The notes beneath the pieces were generated by a model. It searched no databases and was not told where the DNA came from. It saw only the letters and a list, made by a program, of their open reading frames with translations. From an uncultured Actinomycetes bacterium (lineage in GTDB: Bacteria; Actinomycetota; Thermoleophilia; Gaiellales; Gaiellaceae), in NCBI GenBank assembly GCA_963847235.1, contig CAWJYU010000011.1, positions 9,242 through 73,241 of the forward strand: a stretch of DNA of 64,000 bases, in the 5' to 3' direction. Shown here in pieces: positions 48,892 through 57,982 of this stretch (within the stretch, counting starts at the first letter, position 1; the number at the start of each line of letters is the position of its first letter). Both the position numbers and the translations under genes were made by a program.

Positions 48892-49926
48892 GTGGCCCTG
48901 TTCCTCCTGCGTCGAGCAGCGTGGATGGTCGTGATGTTCCTCGCCGTCACGGTCGTCACGTTCATCATCTTCTTCGTCATCCCGTCCGAGGACGACCAGG
49001 CGAGCCTCGGCCGCGGCGGGACCGAGGTGGACGTCCGCACGACGGTGCAGATCGACGGGCCGCTGTACGAGGAGTACGCCGAGTTCCTCCGCAAGATCGT
49101 CACCCAGGGATCGCTCGGAAACTCCTGGGTGATGCGCGGACAGGAGGTGAACGAGATCATCGTCCGCGCCGCGCCGGTGACGCTCTCGCTCGTGATCGGC
49201 GGGGCCCTCCTCTGGCTCCTGATCGCGATCCCGACGGGACTGCTCTCTGCGCTCCACCCGCGCAGCCTCGGGAGCCGACTGACCACGGTCTTCGTCCTGG
49301 TCGGGATCTCGGCGCATCCCCTGTGGATGGGCCTGATGCTCTCGTACATCGTCGGTGCCCAGCTGGGGTTGACCCCGACCGGCGGGTACTGCGAGGTGTT
49401 CAGTCCGGCGACGAACTGCGGTGGGCCGGCGCAATGGGCGTACCACCTGATCCTGCCGTGGTTCACGTTCGCGCTGATGTACGCGGCCATCTACACGCGG
49501 ATGATCCGCGCGAGCACGCTCGAGACCCTCGACGAGGACTACGTCCGCACCGCGCGCGCGAAGGGCGCGCCGGAGTGGCTCGTGCTCCGCTCGCACGTGT
49601 TGCGCAACGCGATGCTGCCTGTCGTGACCATGCTCGGAATGGACATCGCCGTCTCGCTCGGCGCCACGCTCTTCGTGGAGACGGCGTACGGGCTACCGGG
49701 GCTCGGCCGGCTGTTCGCGACGAGCCTCGCTCGCCGCGACTTCCCCGTCCTCCTCGGGATCACGATGTACACGACCCTCGTCGTGATCCTCGTCAACTTC
49801 CTGATCGACGTCCTGTACGGGGTCATCGATCCCCGAGTGCGCGTCGACCGTCGGACGGAGGGCGCGCCCGCCAGCGCCAAGGAAGGCAAGCAGGCTCCCG
49901 AGTCGGCTACTCAGCCAGCCACGTAG
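48892..49926 (+). CDS. ABC transporter permease (DppB/OppB type), orphan
   Basis: MALFLLRRAAWMVVMFLAVTVVTFIIFFVIP... and EAA-like loop ...DEDYVRTARAKGAPEWLVLRSHVLRNAMLP. No partner permease, ATPase or binding protein is adjacent. Confidence 0.8.
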   Translation: MALFLLRRAAWMVVMFLAVTVVTFIIFFVIPSEDDQASLGRGGTEVDVRTTVQIDGPLYEEYAEFLRKIVTQGSLGNSWVMRGQEVNEIIVRAAPVTLSLVIGGALLWLLIAIPTGLLSALHPRSLGSRLTTVFVLVGISAHPLWMGLMLSYIVGAQLGLTPTGGYCEVFSPATNCGGPAQWAYHLILPWFTFALMYAAIYTRMIRASTLETLDEDYVRTARAKGAPEWLVLRSHVLRNAMLPVVTMLGMDIAVSLGATLFVETAYGLPGLGRLFATSLARRDFPVLLGITMYTTLVVILVNFLIDVLYGVIDPRVRVDRRTEGAPASAKEGKQAPESATQPAT

Positions 49927-50227
49927 CCCAGGCTCGCTCGTAGTGCGAAGGCGACCGGGCGCCGACGACGGTCTCCTGCGCTTCGCCGTCTGCGAACAGG
50001 ATCGCCGTCGGGAGCGCGAGCACCTCGTATCGGGAGGCGGCCACGGGGTTCTGGTCGACGTTCAGCTTGGTGAACTCGACGCGACCGCCGGCCTCATGCT
50101 CCAGCCGCTCCAGCACCGGCTCGAGCGCGTGGCACGGTCCGCACCACGGCGCCCAGAAGTCGACGACGACGGGGCGCTCTGCGCCGAGCACCTCGGCCTC
50201 GAAACTCGAATCCGTCACCTCACGCAC
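49907..50227 (-). CDS. trxA: thioredoxin
   Basis: Active site WAPWCGPC. 106 aa. Confidence 0.9.
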   Translation of the reverse strand: MREVTDSSFEAEVLGAERPVVVDFWAPWCGPCHALEPVLERLEHEAGGRVEFTKLNVDQNPVAASRYEVLALPTAILFADGEAQETVVGARSPSHYERAWATWLAE

Positions 50228-50933
50228 GTGGACGAAGCCTACTCAGGCGAAGCACGGGCACCTTCCAGACGGCTTCGAGGACGATCGACCGGCTCATCTT
50301 CGAGCCTCCGACCTCACGGTCGGCGAAGACGATCGGGACCTCGACCACCCGGAACCCTGCCTTGATCGTGCGGTAGGTCGTCTCGATCTGGAAGGCGTAG
50401 CCCTTCGAGTGGATCGCGTCGAGGTCGATCGTCTCGAGAACGGCGCGCCGGTAGACTTTGAACCCCCCGGTCAGGTCGCGGATCCGCAGTCCGAGGAGGA
50501 TCTGCGCGTAGAGCGAGCCGCCTCGCGAGATCGCGCGTCGCAGCAGCCCCCAGTTTCTCGTCCCACCGCCCGGGACGTACCGCGAGCCGAGCACGAGGTC
50601 AGCGTCCTCCGCGGCGGCGACGAGCCGTGGCACGTCGGCGGGGTCGTGGGAGAAGTCGCAGTCCATCTCCATGACGAGGTCGGCGCCCAGCTCGAGTGCC
50701 CGACGGAACCCCGCGAGATATGCCGGCCCGAGCCCTTCCTTCCGTGGCCGATGGAGGACGTCGACGTCATCGCGCTCGGCGACGAGCCGGTCGGCGATCT
50801 CGCCGGTCCCGTCGGGCGAGTTGTCGTCGATGACCAGGATCCGGCCGTCGTCGGGCAGGACCTCACCGAGCGCCGAGACCATTGCCTCGAGGTTCTCGCG
50901 CTCGTTGTAGGTCGGGAGGCAGACCACAAGCAC
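50220..50933 (-). CDS. GT2 polyprenol-phosphate mannosyltransferase-like glycosyltransferase
   Basis: VVCLPTYNERENL...VIDDNSPDGT...MDCDFSHDP. Start is GTG 50933 or 50927. Confidence 0.8.
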   Translation of the reverse strand: MLVVCLPTYNERENLEAMVSALGEVLPDDGRILVIDDNSPDGTGEIADRLVAERDDVDVLHRPRKEGLGPAYLAGFRRALELGADLVMEMDCDFSHDPADVPRLVAAAEDADLVLGSRYVPGGGTRNWGLLRRAISRGGSLYAQILLGLRIRDLTGGFKVYRRAVLETIDLDAIHSKGYAFQIETTYRTIKAGFRVVEVPIVFADREVGGSKMSRSIVLEAVWKVPVLRLSRLRPRA

Positions 50934-50950
50934 GTCCTTATGATCGTGGG

Positions 50951-52657
50951 ATGGCGACGACGCTGCCCCGGAACGCGCAGGTGGCCGATCAGTTCGACCT
51001 CCTGGCCGACCTGCTCGAGCTCGACGGCGAAGAGCAGTTCCGGGTGCTCGCCTACCGGCGGGCGGCTGACCAGATCCGCTCCGCCGCGGGGCCGATCGCC
51101 GAGCAGGCACTGGCCGGCGAGGCCAAGAACCTGCCGGGAATCGGCAAGACGATCGAGTCGAAGATCGTCCAGATCGTCGAGTCCGGCGAGATCGAGGCGC
51201 TGACCAAGCGCAAAGAGCGCGTCCCGGCCGGCGTCGCAGAGTTCCTGCGGCTCCCCGCACTGGGACCGAAGACCGCCCGGCGGATCTGGCAGGACCTGGG
51301 GATCACGACCATGGACGACCTGCGCAAGGCAGCGGAGGCCGAGCAGCTCCGGTCGCTGCCCGGCCTCGGCGCCAAGACCGAGGAGCGGATCCTCAAAGCG
51401 CTGGATGAGACGGCGAAGCCGCGCGAGAAGCGGACACTCCTCGCGAGAGCGCTGCCCGCCGTGCAGGCGGTCGTCGAGGTGTTGCGCGAGCACCCGGCGA
51501 GCAACGAGGTGTCCGAGGCCGGCTCGGTCCGCCGCCGCACGGAGACCGTCAAGGACCTCGACATCATCGCGACCGCCTCCGACCCGGCCGCGCTCACCGA
51601 GTACTTCACGAAGCTCACCTGGGTCGCGGAGATCAAGGCGCACGGGAAGACGAAGGCGACTGTCGTCTCGCACGACGGGCTCGTGTTCGACCTCCGCGTC
51701 GTCCCGCCCGACTCGTACGGAAACCTCCTCCAGCACTTCACGGGCTCCAAGCGGCACAACGTCGAGCTCCGCGAGGACGCCGTGAAGCGCGGGCTCTCGG
51801 TCTCCGAGTACGGGGTCAAGAACACCGAGAGCGGCGAGGTGCTGACCGCCCGGACCGAGGAGGAGCTCTACGAGCAGCTCGGCTATGCGTGGATCCCTCC
51901 GGAGCTCCGAGAGGGCGCCGGCGAGCTGGCAGCGGCTCGCAGCGGCGACTTGCCGGCGCTCGTCGAGCGGAACGACCTCCGCGGCGACCTTCACATGCAC
52001 TCCACGTGGTCGAACGACGGCAAGAACACGCTCGAGGAGATGGTCGAAGCGGCCAGGGGTCTGGGCTACGACTACATCGCGATGACGGACCACGCGCACT
52101 ACCTCCGCGAGGGGCGGCTCGAGGCGCAGTGGGGCGAGATTGCCGAGCTGAGCGGCCGGATGGAGCCGTTCCGCATCCTGCGCGGGATCGAGGTCAGCAT
52201 CCGGGCCGACGGCTCGCTGGACACGCCCGACGACGCCCTCGCCGAGTGCGACTGGGTGGTCGCCTCGCTTCACTCGGCGTTCGACAAGAACCCGACCGAA
52301 CGGCTGCTGGCCGCAATGGAGAGCCCGCACGTCGACTGCATCGGCCACATGACCGCGCGGAAGCTGAACCGGCGCGAGGGAGCCGACATCGCGCTGGACA
52401 AGGTCTTCGCGAAGGCCGTCGAGACCGGGACGTTCGTCGAGATCAACTCGCAGCCGGACCGTCTGGATCTCCGCGACAGCCATGCAAGGGCAGCGGCTGA
52501 GGCTGGGGTTCACCTCGTGGTGAACACGGACAGCCACGAGGTGGAGGCGCTCGGCTACGCGGAGCTCGGGATCGCCCAGGCTCGGCGTGCATGGCTGACC
52601 AAGGACCACATCGTGAACACACGCACCTGGAAGCAGGTCGAGAAGCTCAAGAAGTGA
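50951..52657 (+). CDS. polX: DNA polymerase X family protein with C-terminal PHP domain
   Basis: HhH motifs LPGIGKTIESKI and LPGLGAKTEERI. Pol-beta-like core DLDII. PHP domain DLHMHSTWSNDG...MTDH. Confidence 0.9.
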   Translation: MATTLPRNAQVADQFDLLADLLELDGEEQFRVLAYRRAADQIRSAAGPIAEQALAGEAKNLPGIGKTIESKIVQIVESGEIEALTKRKERVPAGVAEFLRLPALGPKTARRIWQDLGITTMDDLRKAAEAEQLRSLPGLGAKTEERILKALDETAKPREKRTLLARALPAVQAVVEVLREHPASNEVSEAGSVRRRTETVKDLDIIATASDPAALTEYFTKLTWVAEIKAHGKTKATVVSHDGLVFDLRVVPPDSYGNLLQHFTGSKRHNVELREDAVKRGLSVSEYGVKNTESGEVLTARTEEELYEQLGYAWIPPELREGAGELAAARSGDLPALVERNDLRGDLHMHSTWSNDGKNTLEEMVEAARGLGYDYIAMTDHAHYLREGRLEAQWGEIAELSGRMEPFRILRGIEVSIRADGSLDTPDDALAECDWVVASLHSAFDKNPTERLLAAMESPHVDCIGHMTARKLNRREGADIALDKVFAKAVETGTFVEINSQPDRLDLRDSHARAAAEAGVHLVVNTDSHEVEALGYAELGIAQARRAWLTKDHIVNTRTWKQVEKLKK

Positions 52658-53307
52658 AGCACCGGGCGGTGATCTTCGACCTGTGGCAGACGCTGGTTCC
52701 CTGGCCCGTGGAGGGGGCAAAGCGGATGTACGACGGGCTGGCGGCGCACTTCGGCGCGGACCCGGCGCGGTTTCGGATGCTCTGGCTCCGCGGCCGTCGC
52801 GACCGCGAGATCGGCCCGATGGAGCCGCACCTGCAGACGCTTGCCGCGGAGCTGGGATCCGAGAGCGACATCGCCGCGGCGGTGGCCATCAGGCGGGAGT
52901 GGACGCTCGAGCACATCGTTCCGCGGCCGGACGCCGTCTCCACGCTCGAGGAGCTGAGGCGCCGCGGTCACCGGCTCGGGATGATCAGCGCCTGTACCGC
53001 CGAGGTGCCGGAGGTCTGGGAGCAGACGCCGTTCGGCGGCCTGTTCGACTCGACCGTCTTTTCCTGCTCGGTCGGCGTCAGCAAGCCCGATCCGAGGATC
53101 TACGAGATCGCGTGCGAGGAGCTGGGCGTCGGCCCCGAGGACTGCCTGTTCGTGGGCGACGGCGCGAACGACGAGCTCCCGGGCGCCGAACGAGTCGGCA
53201 TGGACGTGGTGCAGCTCCGCGCTCCCGGCGAGCCACTCACCGAAGACGGCGAGCGCTGGACGGGGCGCTACGTCGAGCGCCTCTCAGACGTGCTCGAGCT
53301 CGCGTGA
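52654..53307 (+). CDS. HAD family hydrolase
   Basis: GTGA overlap with polX. Motif I VIFDLWQTLV, and later VGDGANDELPGA. Confidence 0.75.
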   Translation: MKHRAVIFDLWQTLVPWPVEGAKRMYDGLAAHFGADPARFRMLWLRGRRDREIGPMEPHLQTLAAELGSESDIAAAVAIRREWTLEHIVPRPDAVSTLEELRRRGHRLGMISACTAEVPEVWEQTPFGGLFDSTVFSCSVGVSKPDPRIYEIACEELGVGPEDCLFVGDGANDELPGAERVGMDVVQLRAPGEPLTEDGERWTGRYVERLSDVLELA

Positions 53308-53958
53308 CGGTTCGCGCGGGCGATCGTCGAAGCTGAACAGCGAGAGGAAGCGCTCGGCCTCGGCCTGATCGCCCGTGACCTTCAGCGACTTTGTCTTGAC
53401 GGCATCTCCGATCGACGTCTGACCCGATGCGATGCAGAAGAGCGTCGCGGGATCTGTCTCGATCACCGTGTCGGCGTCGGGTGCCGTTCCGGACTCCACG
53501 ACCAGCTCCCGGTTCACGAACCGAGCTGTCACGGACTCATCGTCGACGCGGAGCTCGTAGACCTTGTCCGTCGTGCAGCCCCTGCAGGTCGCCTGTACCG
53601 CGTTGACGAGCCAACCGGGGGCGAGATTGTCCTTAGCCGTCGGAGGCCCGAGGGATCTCGCACCCCAGCGCCCGAGCGCGTGGAGCGGCTCGCGCAGCTC
53701 CTCGCCGTACTCCGTCAGCTCGTAGACGTTGGCGGCGGCGGGTGGGGGCAAGCGTCGCTTCTGGACGACGCCGGCGCTCTCGAGGTCGCGAAGCCGGCCG
53801 GCCAGGATGTTCGTCCCGATGCCGGGCAGGGAGCCGGCCAGGTCCGTGTACCGCTTCGGCCCTCCGAGCAGCTCGCGTACGACGAGCAACGCCCACCGCT
53901 CACCGACCAGCTCCAGGGCGTGTGCCACCGGGCAGTACTGGTCGTAGCGCTTCGGCAT
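53284..53958 (-). CDS. HxlR-type winged-helix regulator with C-terminal SCP2-like domain
   Basis: YCPVAHALELVGERWALLVVRELLGGPKRYTDL. Confidence 0.8.
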   Translation of the reverse strand: MPKRYDQYCPVAHALELVGERWALLVVRELLGGPKRYTDLAGSLPGIGTNILAGRLRDLESAGVVQKRRLPPPAAANVYELTEYGEELREPLHALGRWGARSLGPPTAKDNLAPGWLVNAVQATCRGCTTDKVYELRVDDESVTARFVNRELVVESGTAPDADTVIETDPATLFCIASGQTSIGDAVKTKSLKVTGDQAEAERFLSLFSFDDRPREPSRELEHV

Positions 53959-54085
53959 GCGGGGAAGTATAGCGACCGCCTCTTGCGTTTTGGAAAGCTA
54001 TGACTTGCAGAATGAAAGTAGATGCTGTAGCTTCGCAAGCTGTGACTGTCGATTTTCAAGCTCCCCGTTCGTCTACCGCCAGTTG

Positions 54086-55569
54086 ATGGCAACCGAAAGG
54101 ACGCTCGTAATGGTCGAAAAGACCCAACGCAAGTGGCTGGCACTGGCATTGCTCGCCACCGTGCAGTTCATGGTCGTGCTCGACATCGCGATCGTGAACG
54201 TCGCACTTCCCTCGATCCAGATCGACCTCGGCTTCTCGCAGGAGAACCTCCAGTGGGTGATCAGCGCCTACGCGCTGTTCTTCGGAGGCTTCCTGCTGCT
54301 GGGCGGCCGCGCGGCGGATCTTCTGGGCCGCCGGCGCCTCTTCATCGTCGGCACGATCGTCTTCAGCGCGTCCTCGCTGCTCTCGGGCTTCGCCTGGAGC
54401 GAGGAGATCGCTGATCATCGCCCGCGCGATCCAAGGGCTCGGCGCGGCGATCATCACTCCCGCGGCGCTGTCGATCCTGATGACCACCTTCTCGGAGGGA
54501 CGTGACCGAAACGCCGCGCTCGGCGTCTGGGGCGGGGTCGGTGCGTTCGGCGCCGTCGCCGGCGTCCTGCTCGGCGGCATGCTCACGGACGCGTTCAGCT
54601 GGGAGTGGATCTTCTTCATCAACGTTCCGGTCGGACTTGCCGCCCTGGCGCTGACGCCGGTGCTGCTCACCGAGAGCCGCGACGCGCTCGTCAAGACGTT
54701 CGACGCCCTCGGAGCGGTGCTCGTGACCGCCGGGTTGGTCACGCTCGTCTTCGCGATCACCCAGGCCAACGAGTACGGCTGGACCTCGCGCGGCGACGAT
54801 CGGTCTCTTCACCGGCGCAGGAGCGCTGCTCGCGGGCTTCGTCGGCTGGGAGCTCCGTGCCAAGGAGCCGCTCGTGCCGTTCGGGATCTTCAAGGTGAAG
54901 ACGCTGACGGCGGCGAACATCGCCGGCCTGATCCTCGGCACGGTGACGTTCTCGATGTTCCTGATGCTGACGCTGTACATGCAGCAGGTACTCGACCTAC
55001 ACGCCGATGAAGACCGGCGTTGCCTACCTCGCGGTGGCCGGCACGGCGATCATCTGGTCGGGCGTCGCCGCCCAGCTGGTGAACCGCGTCGGGCGTGAAG
55101 CCGGTGATCACGGCCGGAATGACGCTGCTGACGATCGCGCTCGTTTACTTCACGCAGGTGTCCGTCGGCGGCTCGTACGTCAGGCGACCTGCTGCCCGGG
55201 TTCCTGCGTGATCGCCGCCGGGCTCGGCTTCTCGTTCGTGCCGATCTCGATCGCGGCGCTGGCCGGCGTCCGGGCATCGGAGGCGGGCCTCGCGTCCGGT
55301 CTCTTCAACACGTCGCAGCAGGTCGGCGGCGCGCTGGGGATCGCGGCGCTGTCGGCGATCGCCACCTCGACGACGAGCAGCGCGGTCTCCTCGGGCACTG
55401 CGGTCGCCGAAGGCTCTTGATCGACGGCTTCGAGGCAGCGTTCATCTGGGGCGCCGCCGTCGCGGCGGTCGGAATCGTCGTGTCGTTCGTGCTCATCCGG
55501 CGCAGCGAGCTCGAGACGCCCGTCGAGGAGCACGAGGAAGTTCCCGAGCCGGTGCTCGAGGCGGCTTAG
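54086..55569 (+). pseudogene. DHA2 (EmrB/QacA-type) MFS transporter broken by about 7 frameshifts
   Basis: The conserved sequence has to be read across frames. Switches fall near 54410, 54795, 54997, 55094, 55185 and 55207 (all +1) and near 55413 (-1). Example segments: VLDIAIVNVALPSIQ..., LIIARAIQGLGAAIITPAAL..., YTPMKTGVAYL..., IAAGLGFSFVPIS... Confidence 0.75.
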
Positions 55570-56303
55570 AGCGTTCGGAGCAGATACAGGAGCTCACCGG
55601 GGCCGTCCACGACCAGGTCGGCCTCGGTGAGCAGCCTCGGGTTCATCTCCGGTGACCCGACCGCGACCTTGACGGCCACGTCCAGCCCGGCCTCGTCCAG
55701 GCCGCGAAAGGCGTCGAGGTCGGTCGTGTCGTCGCCGGCATAGAGCGCGCGATCGATCCCTCGTTCCTCGAGCAGGGCGCGGGCCGCGGTTCCCTTGTCG
55801 GCGTCGATCGGCGGCTTGACCTCCACCACCTTCCGTCCCCGCTGCGCGGCGAGGCCGAGCGCCTCCGCGGTCTCGACGACGCGCTCGACCGCGTCCGCCG
55901 CCTTCTCGTCGTCGACCTCGCGGTAGTGAAAGGCGGCGGTGATTCCGGCCTTGGTCTCGACGCGCCAGGGCCAGTCCGCGGTCTCGATCAGGCGCTCGAG
56001 CTGCGGCGTGTATTCGGGCACGCCAGGATGGCCCTCGAGGCCGTGGACGCCGATGTACTCGACGCTGTCGAGGCCGACGATCCGCCGCGCGTCGGCCACG
56101 GGCCTCCCGCTGACGCAGGCGACGAGCGCGTAACGGCCTGCGAGGCGCTCGACCTCCGCTCGGGTCTCGTCAGGCACGGCCGCATCCTCGGGTCGCTCGA
56201 CAATCGGCGCGAGCGTCCCGTCGATGTCGAGAAGCACAGCCGCCCTCTCGGGCTCGCTTCGAAATCGCACCAGGCGGACGGGGGCGCTCACCTGCCGTGA
56301 CAC
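55566..56303 (-). CDS. otsB: trehalose-phosphatase (HAD-IIB)
   Basis: Motif I LLDIDGTLAPI, and later YAGDDTTDLDAF. GTG 56303 lies 9 nt after AGGAGGG. The alternative is GTG 56291. Confidence 0.7.
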   Translation of the reverse strand: MSRQVSAPVRLVRFRSEPERAAVLLDIDGTLAPIVERPEDAAVPDETRAEVERLAGRYALVACVSGRPVADARRIVGLDSVEYIGVHGLEGHPGVPEYTPQLERLIETADWPWRVETKAGITAAFHYREVDDEKAADAVERVVETAEALGLAAQRGRKVVEVKPPIDADKGTAARALLEERGIDRALYAGDDTTDLDAFRGLDEAGLDVAVKVAVGSPEMNPRLLTEADLVVDGPGELLYLLRTL

Positions 56304-56330
56304 TAAGCCAAACCCTCCTAGACTCTCGCT

Positions 56331-56800
56331 ATGGCGCGACCGGAAGACCTTTGGATCCCGCTCGTCGACGAGCCGATCGGCAGCATCGTCGCGCGTGTCC
56401 AGGAAGAAGATCCGGAGCTCGCCGGCCTCGTCGCCTCGCCGCACCGCCTCCTTGCCTTCAGGACGTTCGCCTACATCCGCGTCGGGATCCTCCTCGGCGA
56501 GCTGCTCATGGAGAGCGATCTCGATCCCTACGACGGAACCGAGAACTGGGTCGACAAGCTGCTCGCCGACCCGAGCATCGGGAGGTCGTCGCCCGCGAGG
56601 TCAGGGCGGTGGCCGAGGAGATCGCGGCAGACCCGTCATACGCGGACGACGATCCGCTGGGCCCCGACGAGGAGGCCCGCCGGCGCTTCCGCGAGTTCGC
56701 GAAGAAGCGCCTCGACGGACCTCGCCCAGCCTCAGTGCAGCCCGATCTGGGTGAGCGCGAAGATCGCCGCGAAGCCGGCGAGCGTCACGGCAACCCGTAG
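56331..56800 (+). pseudogene. hypothetical protein with an apparent -1 frameshift
   Basis: MARPEDLWIPLVDEP...KLLADPSIG continues in another frame as EVVAREVRAVAEEIAADPSYADDDP... A base appears to be missing in a G-run near 56582. Confidence 0.35.
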
Positions 56801-57490
56801 ACGGGACGGGTTGTGGCTGTGCGCCTCGGGCAGGAGATCCGAGGCGCCGATGTAGAGGAAGATGCCTGCGTAGAGCGCGAGCAGCTGGCCGAGCGTGTGC
56901 TCGGAGACGTCAATCGTCGCACCGAGCGCAGCCCCGAGGAGCGGCGCGACCGCGACCAGCGCGAGCCAGCGAACGGCCGATCGGCGGCTTCCGCCCTGTC
57001 GCAGGATGAAGGTCACTGCGTTCAAGCCGTCGGCGAAGTCGTGGGACATCACGGCGAGCAGGACGAGCACGCCGGTTCCGGTGTCCAGGCCGAAGGCGAG
57101 CCCGATCGCGAGCCCGTCGGTGAAGGTGTGGAACGCGAGAGCCGCGGCGCTCAGGGCGCCGACGCGCGAATGCGCCTGCGTCTCCTCCGGATCGTCTCGG
57201 TGGTGCAGGACGAGGTACCGGTGCGCGACGAAGAAGAGGACGAACCCCGCGCCGACGAGGGACATCACCCTGTGCTCGTCGCCCACCGCCTCGAACGCTT
57301 CGGGGATGAGGTCGAAGAGCGCGACCGCGACGACGATGCCGCCCGAAAGGGCGATCGCCGTCTGCAGCTCGCGGTGCAGGCGCAGGCCGAGGCCCCCGCC
57401 GGCAAGCGTCGAGACGACCGTCAGACCGGCCAGCGGGATCGCGATCCACGACACGGCGGGAGCGTACATGAGAATGAGAACCGGTATCAT
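56732..57490 (-). CDS. ZIP family metal (zinc) transporter
   Basis: Polytopic protein with HTFTDGLAIG and HDFADGL motifs and a His-rich loop HHRDDPEETQAH. Confidence 0.85.
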   Translation of the reverse strand: MIPVLILMYAPAVSWIAIPLAGLTVVSTLAGGGLGLRLHRELQTAIALSGGIVVAVALFDLIPEAFEAVGDEHRVMSLVGAGFVLFFVAHRYLVLHHRDDPEETQAHSRVGALSAAALAFHTFTDGLAIGLAFGLDTGTGVLVLLAVMSHDFADGLNAVTFILRQGGSRRSAVRWLALVAVAPLLGAALGATIDVSEHTLGQLLALYAGIFLYIGASDLLPEAHSHNPSRLRVAVTLAGFAAIFALTQIGLH

Positions 57491-57497
57491 CTACGGA

Positions 57498-57923
57498 ATG
57501 ACGTGGGCCGAGCACGCGAGGGACGTCCTGCGGAGCGCAGGCGTCAAGCCCGGCGCGGCCAGGGCGGCCGTGATCGAGGTGGTCGCCGACCAGCGCTGCT
57601 GCCTCTCGGCGCCCGCGATCCACGAGGAAGTTCGGCGGCGTCGGCCGGGAGTCGGCCTCGCGAGCGTCTACCGAGCGCTCCAGACCCTCACGGAGCTCGG
57701 TCTCGTCCACCGGCTCGATCTCCGTTCCGGCGGCGCGCGCTACGAGCCCGCCCAGCCGAGCGGCGATCACCATCACCACCTCGTCTGCGGGGACTGCGGG
57801 AAGGTCGAGGCGTTCAGCGACGATCGGCTCGAGCGCGCGATCGACACCGTCTCGGAGGCGTCGGCGTTCCGAATCGACGAGCACGACGTGGTGCTCCGCG
57901 GTCGCTGCACGACCTGTCGCTGA
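57498..57923 (+). CDS. zur: Fur family regulator, probably Zur
   Basis: ...SVYRALQTLTELGLVHRL... and HHHHLVCGDCGKV...C..C. Divergent from the ZIP transporter gene. Confidence 0.8.
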   Translation: MTWAEHARDVLRSAGVKPGAARAAVIEVVADQRCCLSAPAIHEEVRRRRPGVGLASVYRALQTLTELGLVHRLDLRSGGARYEPAQPSGDHHHHLVCGDCGKVEAFSDDRLERAIDTVSEASAFRIDEHDVVLRGRCTTCR

Positions 57924-57982
57924 CCGCCGAGATTTCCTCGCGAAGAGGCATAGCGCCGCTCGATTGCGAATACTCTTGCAAG

